DNA from: Raillietiella orientalis
Taxonomy: Eukaryota
Assembly (NCBI GenBank): GCA_036172245.1
Contig: JAYWIR010000014.1
Location: 2,914,001-2,978,000, forward strand
Reading direction: 5' to 3'
DNA: 64,000 nt
The notes beneath the pieces were generated by a model. That model did no database searches, was not told where the DNA came from, and saw only the letters and a program-made list of their open reading frames with translations. This document shows positions 38,350-53,967 of the stretch, one piece after another (position 1 is the stretch's first letter; each line of letters starts with the position of its first letter). Made by a program: the position numbers and the translations under genes.

Positions 38350-39000
38350 TCCTGGGCCCGTTTGAGCAGCGAGTTCACGAAATGAAATCCCTTGGTGAAG
38401 TGACGGCAATTTGCACGACTCTCCTCTCGTGCAATCGGAGTAGGAGGATCAGAGTGCTCTCTCCTAACGGGAACCAGGAGAGGAACGGGAGCGGTCTCAG
38501 AAAAATGCGGACGACGCAAAGCCAAGGAAGGGATGGATGAGCTCCTTCTGAGTTTGGTACTGAGCGAAGAGCGCAACGGAGCGCGACAGAATTGCCAATG
38601 CCGATCTTTGTAACGAAGCAGCAGTGCCCTTCGTGGTGGGCTTCGGAGGACCCGAGTCTCGAAGCACCTCGGAATGGAAGAAGGAAACATCTCGAGGAAG
38701 GATGTGATCCGGGAATCAAAGCATTCCGAGGAAAACCGGGTCGAGACGGCAGGTAGGGAGGCGTGAGAGCGGGGAAGTTCAGGAATGCACTCCGTTCGCA
38801 GGACGCGAGAAGAGTCAGCCGCTGAACAGACGGAATCCTAACGCTTCACGGAGATGAAGACTGCTTGCGTGATCAGCAGAACCCTGGAAGAACGACCATC
38901 GGTGGAGCTTCGTAAATAACAAACCGCTTTCCTAGTGACCTCAAAAGGTCTGTTTCCTGACTATAGGAAATAGAAAACAAGAGTTGTGATGGAGGAACAA
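38350..39000 (+). mobile_element. Degenerate Ty1/copia integrase relic
   Basis: IANADLC ~ LVHSDLCGP; QECTPFA...PLNRRN ~ Q.T.PYTP...AER.N; GAS*ITNRFP ~ A.YI.NR.P. Confidence 0.4.
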
Positions 39001-40339
39001 AGGGAAGACCAAAGGAAGGAGGGAAGTCTCTGGTGAAGGAAGCAGGTGGGTTTGGCAGGTCAGGGAATGACTGAGGAAAACACGCATCAAACCCTATGTG
39101 TGGAATGGGAAGGAATTCGAAAGATTCGATTCCATTCTTCAACCGTCTTTCCTCCCATTGTTTTTGGGTTGTTTTCCCTTTGCTGCTGCTGCTCTTTCTT
39201 GTTGTCTGTTTGTTTTTTTCAAATTTTCCTTACGTTTGTGGTAAAAAAGAATGCTACACCAACTGTGTTGTTGCACGTGAAATTAAGGTCACTCGAGGTT
39301 ACAGAAACAAGGACACGTACATGCTTCAATAGAATAAAACTGCTTTTACCTTTGTGCTTTTTGCTTACGTCTCTTAAAAAAAGAAAAAGGGAAAAATGTA
39401 TCTTCTTCGCTTGAAACTCGAAAGCGGGAAGAGACTTGGCTATAAATTACTTGCAAACTTTAATCCTCCGCGAATTCGCGAACGGTACAGCTTGTTTTTA
39501 GGAACATGGAGCAGAATCATGTCACCAGACAACTAAAAACCTTACAGCTGGATTGTCCCCAGGTTAGACTCCGTATTTCCCACTATTCACTCGCAAAATG
39601 GTGATTATTTCGGCGCGAATTTCGCGGTCGTCCTGGGGATCACGGATTTTTACGATGTTTACGATGCCGAATGGCTAATTCAACCACCCGACATTCAGCA
39701 TGCACATACCGTAAGTCCTCCTCCTCACCCAACTCTCACCTCCATGCAATAAAGTTTTTGCTTTCCGGCTATGCATTAGGTGAGCACAGCATTCGCACGC
39801 GGGTATCGTGTTGTCTGTACATGCTGGACAGTTTGGCACATACGTCCCATAACACTTCGTTTACAGCGACGCGTTTATGTAGAATACACGCAAGTAGGCG
39901 ATCTTCTACAAAGTTAATGATTTACAACATCGTATATGCAGTATCGCAAAGCATTACGCGTGGAATCTTCGCTGGAATGAAAACACTTTCCCCCCCCCCC
40001 GACCCGACCCGACTGGTGTTTTCGATCGGCTCCTTGTCAAGACTCTGTCTGGGAGGAAATCTTCTTCGAAATCAAACTGAGTTCTCTGCTCGCCAAACCC
40101 CTACCAGCCTCGCACCTCGGTAAACATGGATTCAGGGGTGGAAAAGCAATTTTGAACTTTGAAGCTCACGTGGCGTTTCCAGATTGGGTGCTAAGAATTC
40201 CATTATAAGTAGTTAAGGTTATATGAGGTATGCAGGCATAGTAGTTAAGGTATGCATAGGCATATGTGTAGGTGATACCTCCTGGTTGCATTTGTGTTTG
40301 GTTTCAGTTTTGGGGTTTTTGTGATTTTTTCGGACCTCT

Positions 40340-40620
40340 TTCTCTCTCTGCTCGTGAGAACTGGATTCTATGCTTTTGAGTGCTTTTTCTATCAGTACAC
40401 TGAGTTGTTGATGCAATTTGAGACTGCTGCTGCTTTTGGTGATGTTCCTACCTTGCCTTCATCCTCCTCCAGCTCTGAGTGATTCCTGATGAGAACTGAA
40501 ATGTGAACGCTTGTTGGCGAAGGATGAGACCGTCAGCAAATGAGAGCTGGGTGTGTTGGTGTGTCCATCAGCCCCTGCTCCCAGCTAAATCCTAGGTGCA
40601 AGAGAAAGTACCTGCTCGAT
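40340..40620 (-). mobile_element. Degenerate gypsy integrase N-terminal relic
   Basis: QLSFADGLILRQ...RRMKAR...LIEKALKS ~ ELS..DG.LLRG...RMKA.AR...IE..VK. Confidence 0.3.
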
Positions 40621-41199
40621 TCGATGATTCGACAGTCGCGTAGGTCGAACGGAGGTTTCTACCTGTCCCTCGCGCTGGTGCCGGAGGGATCGCGTCCCTC
40701 CCAACAGAAATGTGCTCGCTCGAGTGCATAACCCAGAGAGAAAAGCACATAGCCAGGTTCCCTTCCCCCTTTTCCGGAGGAAAGCAAGAAGGTATGGGGT
40801 AGGAAAAGGAGGAGGAGGAGGAGATCGAAGAAACGGATCTTTCGTCGCATAAGCACCGGAATTCACAATGAGCTGCTGCTCACGCTATGGAATGCTAGGA
40901 AAAAATGCCGTGCGGTACAGAGACGAACGTGCAACAGGTCTTCTGCAAGACCTCTCTATGATATCTGCCGACAAAAATGGAGATTTTTTCTACGAGAAAT
41001 GAAAAAAAAAAAAAAAAAAAGGAACCTGATTGGAAAAACGGGAAAAGCAGACAGGACTGCACGTTTGCTTGAGACAGGTAGATGTGCTCATGAGCAGAAC
41101 GCATATTTCTCTTGACGAAAGGATTTTCTCCGTGGCCGGGATTCATAGTGAGTTCAAATTTTCCAGCTCTACGAATCGATTCAGTGAAATTCGGAAGTG

Positions 41200-42790
41200 T
41201 TCAGATTCGAATATCTCGCTCCTGAAGTCCTGTGTGGTGATGCTTTTTGGAAGACAGCGAACAACAAAATCCAAGCTTTCCATCCATCAAAAAAAACAGC
41301 AGCTACAGCATCTCTGTAGCATTCGTCCTCCAGTTTGTCAATTCTGTCAAGTCTCGATTTGTGAAATTTTTTATTAGTTTTTTTTTTTTTGTTTTCTTTC
41401 GAGACTTCCAGCGACTTTTCAAAGAAAGTTTTTGTTTCATTGCTCAACTGTGGACAGCATGAACCAAGGACATCTCTGCTGCAGACTTACTGATGAATCT
41501 GTATTGTTCAGAATTCGCTTACACATGCGTATGTTCTTTTCCTTCTCACTTGCAGTATCATCTCAGAAGGCATATCAACAAGGAATGCGGCATTGGTACC
41601 AATCTTGCAGAAAAGAGAATTCTGCTATTATCAAGGAATGCGCTGGCTTCTTGAAAAACAGGTTCATCCTCGAATTTCTTCTGATTGACCCTCTTTTGTG
41701 CATGCGAATGTACAGATGAGCGTTTTCTTAGCTTTCAAGATTGATATTCTTCTAATGAGGACGATAACACTTGGGCAGTGAAAGATGATCTGTCCAGAAA
41801 TTCGTCGTCAACCGGAATCGAATGTTTTTTTTTTCCTCAGGAGCGAGAAAACTTGTACATCTTCCGCCCTACGATCGTCTCGTCAAATCTTGGAGACGCC
41901 ACCATCTGCAACTGGGACTTTACTCCCCACGTAACGATGAGTGAGATGGATAGAGTGGCACACTGAACAGCTCGCTCCACCGAAGGAGTCCCTTCGCACA
42001 ATTAGGAGGAGTGGTGGCGACTGCCAGCTCGCTCACCTTCCATACCTCTGAAAAAAAATCCTTTGAAAGATTACAATAGAGGTGATCAGGATCATAGCAG
42101 CGGGGTATCGCAGGAGAAACCAGTCCCATGTGTGGCTGGAAGGCAAGCGAGCTGGCAGTCGCCACCACTCCTTCTAATTGTGCGAAGGGACTCCTTCGGT
42201 GGAGCGAGCTGTTCAGTGTGCCCCCCCCCCCTACCCCCCCCGAAGAACTTGTGATCCTTCGTGTGTGGACACTTCTGTGTTCTTCCTTCTCTAGAAACAG
42301 GACGTGCTTTTCCTGGTGCATTGGAGCTTTCATTGCAACCAGCACGCGAACCTAGATTCCGGATGAGTTGCCTTCCCTAACTGTAGAAGGTGCGGAACAG
42401 TGGAAACGCTCCCACACATGCTCTTCGACTGCAGTGCCCTCCAAGGACTGGCGGAGGTTGCCTTTAGCGCTCCTGCACCGGACACCGCAATGGATGTCAT
42501 GCGCAGCTTCTTCACGCGAGGCGGCCTCTCGTTAGGTGCGGTCATCGCAACGATCTGTTGCATCCGCGCTATCGTCACGGCCCGCCGCCAATTGGAGTCG
42601 CGGGCGGTTCCTAGAGAGGTCACCAGGATTGCCGACGTCAACATGAGGACGGCTTCCAGGTGGTCTCATCTGAAAGAAGTGAGGAAGGAGATCTCCGGCA
42701 TCCAACGCCGGTTCTGAAAGGATGGAACGGCTGAACCCAAAGACCCCTGTCCTCTATCACCTTCCTTTCATATCTTTTTTTGTATTTTTT
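41200..42790 (+). mobile_element. Degenerate L1/Tx1-like LINE ORF2 3' half
   Basis: NISLLKS ~ PISLLN; AVSSQKAY ~ LD.EKAF; a clear C-terminal zinc knuckle CRRCGTVETLPHMLFDC at ~42382-42432; stop at 42717 followed by a T-rich tail. Confidence 0.7.
41957..42222. repeat. 77-bp inverted repeat with 112-bp spacer
   Basis: 41957..42033 (ggcacactgaacagctcgctcc...ctgccagctcgct) versus 42146..42222, one mismatch. Pairing extends inward by a further 7 bp (ccttcca/tggaagg) after 2 mismatches. Confidence 0.95.
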
Positions 42791-44199
42791 ATATATCTAT
42801 TTGTGGTCTCCTCCCTCCTGTTCCGGACTTTCGGTATGACCGACCTGCGTGTCGGGTAGCCCGCGAAACATCTTTTCCTTTTGTCTGGGAACTTTGTTTC
42901 CGGATAGTTTGGCATAAACGCCCCGGCGTAACCGGGTGAAAAGCAACGGGGTATCTGCGACCACTTCCAACTGCGGCCCCATGAGGAATGGCTCGATGAG
43001 ACTGGGATGTGCGTGCAAATGGATGTGCGTGCGGGCATGTTAGCTGGTTCCCTTTGTTTAAAAACACCTATCTTCTTTGAGCGGGATCTCTTTCTCCTCC
43101 TTGAGAAGCGATTTTTCGGAAGCAGCAAGATTTCCTACCCTTTTCGGAAGGAGAAAGTGGAGGATGATGTCTTGCTCTTCTTCTTTCCTTGTGCTTGGAT
43201 TACAACCTCTGTCAGCGTTGATCGCACAGATTGTTACATTGAAGACCCTAAGGCAAGAGACGAGTAGAAGAGTGAGGAATGCAACGATGATACACATGAT
43301 TACCAATGAGAGACCAATTAAGGAAAAACAAGCGGAGCTGCTGATGTCCAGGTGGTTCTGAAAATGAGTGCGCGCTTTGGATGCTGCCTCAAACAGCTTT
43401 TCCTCTCAAGGGTTTTTTTTTTGCTTTGTACTCAGCTGGCGTAATAAACGAACCACGATGAAAAGACCGGAAGCATCAGCTCAATCCCCTCCCCTCTCTC
43501 TCTTCCTTCCCTCTCTCGAATGCATCGGAAGACGAGATTCGAGTATCTTGAAAGATTCTGAAATTCTGCCCCCGGTTCCGTTCGTCTCCAGTCGCTCCCT
43601 TGCGTGAAATATACGGAAAGGTCTGATCAGGATGTCCAGAGATCTTTCTTGAATTCATGTCCTCCCTCACGCCCTCTTTCTCCCATGCATGCTCACGAAC
43701 ACCTGTCCAACTGCTTCGCTGCTGCGATCTCCAATTTCGATGTGCCCCCCGAAGACCATCGGCCGAGCGATTACGAGAAACCACGAGTTCAGATCGTTCA
43801 GATTCCCATTCCACACGACCCCACGACCCCATACATAGTCTCCACTCCTTCTGAGCCTCAGTGACCCTCCAGTCATGCCCCACTTCACCTTCAGGAAGCT
43901 TTCACGAAACTGTTCTTGCTGCTGCACGGCGGCCTGGGACTACACCCCTTCGTGCGTGCTCTCGGTACGAAGGGCACGTGAACGGACGGCACGGAGGCAC
44001 GTCTAAGAACGAAAGAATCGAAGATTCCCGATTTCAAAAGCAGAGCGATTTGAACCAAAGACACCAACCTTTGGAATGCGTCCCTCCTTTACTCCCGTCC
44101 TTTTTCTTTCTTTCTTTTTTTTTTAGTGGTGCCAAGGCCGCCGATTCCTCGTCCCAGGTACAAAGGCTTAGGACAGCACATGAGCTCCCTCATTGATTT

Positions 44200-46100
44200 T
44201 CTTAGCGCATGGACGGCGTCTTCAGCTCGTGTATGAGAAGCCCTCGAGGAACCTGAGGTCTTTTGCTGATCTGAATGAAGATCGCTTCTTTCGCTTGGCA
44301 GGCTCTTGCTGAAAGGGGCGCATTCCCGAGTATCCCCCGGAGGAAGGGGGAGTAATCGAGGCGAGGAAGAAATCCAGACTCGGCCGCTTCCTGAAAGTCT
44401 AGGAAAGGGCAAATCAGAATCACGTGGCTACAAGCACACAAACAGGTTCCTAGGAGTCGGCTGCCAGAGAAAGCAAGGAGCCCTCCCTTGAAATCCGTCA
44501 CCCATGTCGGAGTAAAAAGACTAGTGAGTACCTCCCAGTTTGCTCTCATGAGACAGGACCGGTTCCAGGTCTCTGGAAACGCTTGAGTGCCTTTTCGGTG
44601 TACCTGAAAGCAAGAACTATGCTGCAGTCGAGCCACAGGCGTCTCTCAAGAGGACTCTGGGATACGAGGAAGGAGGAAGGAGATGAAGAGGAGGAAGGGA
44701 GAAAATGAGGATGTGGACCTCCGAGAGAGGTTAAAGCAAGACACTCTGAAACATGGAACAATAATCATGAAAGAAAGAGAGAGGAAAGGTGGGGTGGAAA
44801 AAGAGGAAGTTGCGGATGGTTTATTCGGAACCCTTTGTGATCATTCGGGGTCTCTGGTGCTGCCACTCTTGTCGACCCTCTCTTGCGCTGCCCGAAAGGA
44901 CTGTGTGGAGGAGTGGGGATGTGTGGCGACGTGGAAAAAGGAGTCGTTCCCGCTGCCTACATCTTTCCTTGATCGCTGAGAGAGTTTCCAGTGGTTCCTC
45001 AAAGGTTTCTTGTATCAGAAATGAGACTCTAGAGAAGAAGTAGAATAAGGAAACAGTAAAAAAAAAAAATGATCGTTCTTCTTGGCAGTCTCTTGCCTGA
45101 GCTTCCCACGGAATTCGGAAACAGCAGTTTTCCGATTGCGGTTTTAGAGCTACCTTCCAAACCATCTCGGCTTCCCTCTCTTTTGAGGGGGAGGGGAAAA
45201 CCAACAGTCACGAGAGGGTGTGTGCACCAACAAGGAGATACCCGCATTGCTGTGAGGGAAAAAGTTTCAGATCTGCTTGCATGTCATGGGAATCAGATTT
45301 TTTTTCTTTTGCCTTTGGAGCTACCACATCTCTTTCGTGGAATAAATGTCCCCCAGATGCATGAATAAGGATGGTTCATCATCATCACCAAGTGAAGCAA
45401 AGAAACCGACATACAAATAAAGAGAAAACACCCCCTTTCGGTGTGTCTGCAAATGATGCTGGCTTGACGCAAGAGCTTCTGCACCATCCTGCCATTCCTC
45501 TCATGCGCACCCCACGTGCATTTCGCGTACGCATGACACCACGAATCTTGACGCATTCTGAACAGCAGTCTCAAGGGGCGAGTCCGACTGCCTTAGTCCT
45601 GCTCGGGAGGAGGAAGAGGGGAGGGGAGCAAGGCGTAGGCTCCGATAACTCCGTTACGCATGATCGGTTGCTTCTGGCAACGAGTGCAGGATACGCAACA
45701 AGCCGTGACCTCTCGAAAATACTCCAGACCCATTTTGTAAGAAGCACCGTTCACTGGAGAGGAAGAAGAGGAAGGAGGATTCGTTTGACGAATGTCTTGC
45801 TTGTTCTACATGAAAGACAACATTGTCCCTATCCATTGTTGTCATGTTCCACAGTTTCCGCTTTTTCCGTGACGACTGCTTCTTTTGCTTACTAGTGTAC
45901 ATTTGCCCTGTCCTCAAGTACAAGTAGGGACAATCACGAGGAAGCCGTCCGAATTGCCTTGCATGTCCAAGAAACATGTAGATCCCGTTCCTTTGTCCAG
46001 GGAGAGCAATAAGATTTCTAGAAACCAGCAGCTGCCTCGATTTCTAAACTTTCAGTTAAAGGGCTTGTTAGCAGCCACAGACTCTAGAAACGGTCCATGC
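44200..46100 (-). mobile_element. Degenerate Ty1/copia RT-RNaseH relic
   Basis: ERCFLQNG ~ KTAFLNG; LLFRMRQDSWCH ~ LYGLKQA.R.W; TSLFTPTWVTD...AFSG ~ GY.DADWA.D...SG. Confidence 0.35.
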
Positions 46101-46499
46101 TTTCTAAGGATTCTACTTCCCGGTGGACAATCTCCTGCGATTGACTAGATCCTGAAGATCAATGTAGGGCATCTCATCCTCAATGATCTTTCCGTGAACC
46201 TGTTGGACTCAGTACGGACTTCTTTTTAACAGCTGCAACAGCACTGTCTCGTGGGGGGGTGCAGCGCTCGTTCTTCCCGAGCACCAGATCTAGACATAGT
46301 GTTCCTGACCAGACTTCCCAACTTCTCTTAGATCTCAGTTCCCTTACTTCTATTAACAGTCTCCTTGAAGGACTTTTAGCGTACATGCGAGAGCGACATA
46401 GGCGACATATTCGGGGAACCTCTTCCCCAGATCTCTCTTCCTCATCTCCCCCTCCCCCTTCCCTTCCCTACATCACATCGGCTGTCTTCGAATCGAGCT

Positions 46500-49400
46500 T
46501 CATCTTTTCTGAGGAGATGCTATTTAGGAACGAACCCATAGCCGAAGGAGAAAGCACGGGTTCTTCCTAAGGAACAAACGATGGTCCGAATTTGTTGCGA
46601 AATAAGGAAGCGACATCAAGACAATGAAATCGACTTCCTTTCTGAAGAAACGGAGGTTTGGCGTGAAGCTGGCGCAACTGTCAAAGACAACTCTTTCTTC
46701 GTGTTTAATGACGAATGATCAAAAGTGCTAGAACTCCTATCCGAAGATCACCGTATGTCTTATTTGTAGCCCGAAAGGATACGAGTGGTTCTTGTAGAAA
46801 AGGTTTCTGAGTTGACCGGTGAAATGAAAAGTCTTCATTCTCATAGTCCGTATTGATCTTCCAAAGAGCTCCTGTGAGAGAATCAGTGCGGTGAGCGAGG
46901 AATGGAAGTGAAAAAAGTCTTTCACCACAACGTGCAACACAGAAATTCATGCGGTGTGGTCGAAGTAATAAGAAGGCAATGCGTCTGATGAAATTGATGG
47001 CGCAAGAAAAGGAAGCAGCACGAAAAATTTCGGCCATCGCAAACCTGTTGCATGGCTGCATGCTCATTAAACAAAGTGAGCAGCATCGGATGAGTATCGA
47101 CAGGTACGATATGATCTTCCTCATTTCTTAAAGCCATGCCAACAAGGTGTGCTTTTCTAACGGGAGTTTGGACTTAAAAAGCATCGAAGCGAGCTTTTTT
47201 CGATAACATATGCTTTTCTTGAGCTTTCGACCAGTGTTAGAATTACAGAATGAGGATTTCCTAAACTATCTGAAAGGCTCTCATTGGCACTATTTCATGA
47301 TTTTCAATCGTGAATCGTTATTTCGTTCAACTCTTCTTTTATCAAAAGAAAATCAAAAACTTCACACAGTGACATTTTCAAACGTGCAGAAGGAAGTGAA
47401 TTTCGTTTGAAGAGAATGACTGACTATAAAGCAGAAGAAACTTGACGTCCAATCTGCGGAAACGTGGAAACGTGACCCGTAAACCTAAAACCCTAGGGAC
47501 TGAGAAATCAAAAGGAGAGTGAAAACTAAAAAAAAATACTGAACCAGTAGCAATCTCATCACCCTTTCAAAGACTAAAAGCACGACAACATTCAGGGAAA
47601 AGATTCTTGAGACATTTTCTTGATTTGATTCCAGATAAAGCATTGGGAAATCTGCACACGTAAAGGGTGGGGCACGTGAAAAAAAAGGCTTTCGAAATAA
47701 CAACGAGGATCATGCGATCAGTCTACGAAGTTGGAAGCGGTCAGTGTTCTGTGGATTTCAACCATGGAGCCTCCTATTGATCTGCAAAACTCGTGGAGAC
47801 TTTGCATGAGACACGTTCTTCATTTCACATGCTCTTTAATCCTGTAGCCGATTCCCAGTCGGCAAAGTAATGAGAAGAGCCGCTATGGAAAGAGCCCGAT
47901 GCTCATACTAATCGTTGCAAGTCCCTCGCAAAGCAAATGCTCTGGTTCTCTGCATGTATGCTTTCCGGAATCGAAATCTTCCGGCCGCTGTTTCCCCCCT
48001 TAACCAATGAAAGAAGCACGTTGGAAATCTGAGCAATAAACCAGGCTCACCGGGATGCACATAGCAACATTGGAATGACACCTGAACAATCGTTACAGCT
48101 TCTCTGCTCCTCGGTGAAGCAGAAAAGGAACCGTGGTGCGAACAAGGTTCTAAAATATGTGCTCCTATGGATCCTTGTATGGTATTATTCCAGTCTTCGG
48201 TTAAGGCTCCTTTCCGCAGATTCAGAGAAATTGTAATTCGATACTGACAGAACTGAAGCATCTTTGGATTAACAAACGCGCCGTACAGTGCTCTAAGCGA
48301 AGGAAGTGTATACCCCGGAAACCTTCCTTGCAATGCAACCGGGCTTCCTTTAAGTGCTTGATGTGTTGCTTCAAACTTCAGAGTGCTCTCACGTCTTCGG
48401 AAAGACTAAAGGAACACTTTGGTTTCACTGTCTCTTCGACGAAGCAGTTTGAGGAAGCTAAGGACTGGCTACTGAGGACACGGAAATGTGGAATACTAAG
48501 AGCGTGGATGCAGATATAGTCAAGAACACTTGCTGTGAGTCTTCCATGGACATGTAACACTGTGCAAGAATGTTCGGTTATCATTGATACAATATGTACA
48601 TACCCTAAGAAACCAATCCAAAATCAAGTAAAAGTGTTTGAAGGAAAAAACCCAGAACAAAGACCGCATAGGAATCACAGATTACTGCTTTTGAAAGAGT
48701 GGAATCCGAAACGCTCCCATTCACAAAAAAGATCACAATGCGAATATTGTAAATCTGAAATAGTCGGATTGGTTGGGCAATCTACTCCAAGATGACACGA
48801 GCTTTTCCATGAAAATCCAAAATGCTGGATATCAATATCGGTCAGCTAATGGCCACTAAAAGCTGTCTCGAATCTAAAATCCAAGCCTCTAAAAGATCTC
48901 TGTTGAATGCGTCAAAGAACTCCGTAAAAATCTAAAAGAGAATCAATCCCATAAAAAACTATTCCCTGTAAATGTACGTTGCAGATTTTGGTGCCACTCG
49001 ACTTCAAACTCATGTTTAAACGGATATTGTTAATGCAGAAAAGCTGCGTGAATCCTCCGGTGAAGAAAAACTCTGTATAACGTTTCCAAAATTAGCAGAA
49101 CAAGCTGACAGGAACTGCATGCACTAACGAGTTAATTCGAATTCTTGGATGTCCTTGTTTCGAGTAGAACACCCATATTTTTCAAGTCTGCAAGATCTCT
49201 CTGATTTTCTGTTTTACTGAAAACCTTCCTTTCCGAAGATGGGCATACGATTTCTCTTCCACTGCAAATCAACCGAAAATTGTGAATTCCCTTAAGCCAA
49301 TCTGCACTCGTAATGAATATTCCATACTGTGTGAGCCAAGGAGCTATCCTTAGAAATCATGTCCATAGCTGCAAGTCGGGAAAAAAAACATTGAATCTGA
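46500..49400 (+). mobile_element. Very degenerate BEL/Pao-like pol relic
   Basis: KVLEL; EIHA...MKLMAQ; AINQAHRD ~ IIRQAQRE; NSILTELKHLWINKR...KC ~ TL.ELR..FWI.K.R...C; ENLPFRRW ~ DNLP..KW. Weak. Confidence 0.3.
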
Positions 49401-51247
49401 ACCTTTTTGATTTTCGGTATGAATTATGACAAAACTCCATGCATTTTGTACTTTTACGTTGTGGTCCCACTGTCAAACTGGTACTTATTGGAAATTCGGT
49501 CTCGCAGATGCATTCCCAAAGAAAATACATCAACGACTGCCATTGTGAATTCTATATGGTACTCACCAGCTAGAACAATGGGCATTGGAAGTGAATAAAA
49601 TAAAATAAAATAATCCCCAGCTAGAACCAGATGTAATATTTACATGACATGGCAGAAAGGCGAATTCAAGGATGAAACTTGGGGGGCAGCTAAAGCACAT
49701 CGTACACGTCGGTGTACGAGTGACCGTACGGAAAACTTGTGCCTGCAAAGATGTTTTTCGAGTAACATCTTTGACGCATGCATTGAAACTCTCTAATGAA
49801 AGAACACACCTTTTGGAAAGCATAAAGTATCAAACAAGGTTTGATAATTGGAAAATTAAAAAAGGTCGCAACATATGTCATTCGTCATTGAAGTTCCAAC
49901 TTTTTTTTCTTTACTCAGTTACTCAAGGCAGTGCAATAAAAAAGATCTCCAGTTAAAAGCTGGGCTAAAATGGATGCGATGATATGAAAGGTGAGATAAG
50001 GGATTTATTTTGCGGATAACAGGTACAAAAAGCTCCCAGGACATGCATGGATGAATGCAACTCACAATTACGGAAATTGTGTCTTCAATCTAGCGCTAAT
50101 TCCAAAGCAGTTTAACATAACATGGCAACTCTTCTTCTTCTTAAAGAATATGTGAACGACAGAGAAGGAAACCAGTATGTTTTCGTTCAAGTGAACAAGC
50201 TTCCACTACAATCCGATCTTAGAGGCAGCTTGCAGGCTAACTTTATCTTCCACTGTTTCCTTTTATTATAGGAGCACCATTTCTAGTTGATTAAGTTTAG
50301 TATACTGAACTCTTCACTTCATCACGCTTACTGTTAATGGTAAAAGGAATTAGAATTCAATGCAAACCCAATCAACCAAATAACATGTAAGATCTTGATT
50401 GTTTTTCTTTCTCACAGTTGAAATTTCCTCTTATGTTGGCTAGATTCTCCCTTGGTATTCAGTAAGTAAACATCTTGGAAGTTGATTGAAAATTTTAATC
50501 CTGTTCGTTTAAAGCTTGAAAATCCTCCATTTTTCTATAAGTTCCTTGCATTAACTTCAAATTCATCATGTAAGTAAAAACTGGGTTACTAGACAGTCAT
50601 ATTGCAATTCCTGGATTCCTGTCATTTTTCAAGTAGCTTCAAATCTTAATGGCCACATTAAGATGAAGCTGTGCGACGTCGGCCTTCTGCCAAACCTTCA
50701 CCATCATTAATATCGTCATTAGGCACCTGAACATTTTAGCACTTGTATTCCCATGAGGTCGAATGCAGTTTGATTGTTAAGTTTCAAAAATACAAATATT
50801 GCGGTAATAAGCATTTTTTGTTGTTGTTGACGAAATACTCTTCAGGAATCTTCACGAAAGAAGCGAAGAACATAAAACAGGTTTGATAATAAAACTGAAA
50901 CCATGTTTTATCATTTCATTATTATTTTCCATGATTGTAGGTAAGCGAGTTGGGATTTTGCTCGAACTTCCAATATTCAAATGTTTTCTGAATTACTTGG
51001 GGAATTTCCAATAGCCTCATTATTGATGAATCACACTATCACGAAACCGAAATTTTTATTATCGGAACCAGTACCAAAGTAGATTACTGGTACAGAAAGT
51101 TAATATAACTCTATGGCAAAGGTTTTCATTATATTCTATATGAATATTCATTTCTGTCTTTACTAAATTTCTCAACATGCAATAGCTTTTTTCATGCAAA
51201 GCATGAATTTTTCCTACAAAATTCAAAGATGTTCAGAAAATTCTACT

Positions 51248-53967
<2,720 letters not shown>

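Noticed and set aside
39468..39627. Short imperfect inverted words (ccgcgaattcgcg / cgcgaatttcgcgg) as MITE ends
   Set aside because: Only about 13 bp, self-palindromic and without a TSD; could be chance.
1..47000. Endogenous giant virus, Polinton/Maverick or bacterial insert explaining the GC-rich half
   Set aside because: No recognisable DNA polymerase, capsid, packaging ATPase or operon structure. The region contains a spliceosomal intron, an H4 pseudogene and host-type retroelements, and the GC change is gradual.
48263..48283. FGLTNAP gypsy RT motif
   Set aside because: Isolated heptapeptide with no flanking RT motifs; another frame fits the BEL integrase zinc-finger context better.
50500..50700. 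Kinase-like words RLKLEN and NGHIKMKLCDVGL
   Set aside because: Two short imperfect motifs with no supporting exon structure or other kinase subdomains.
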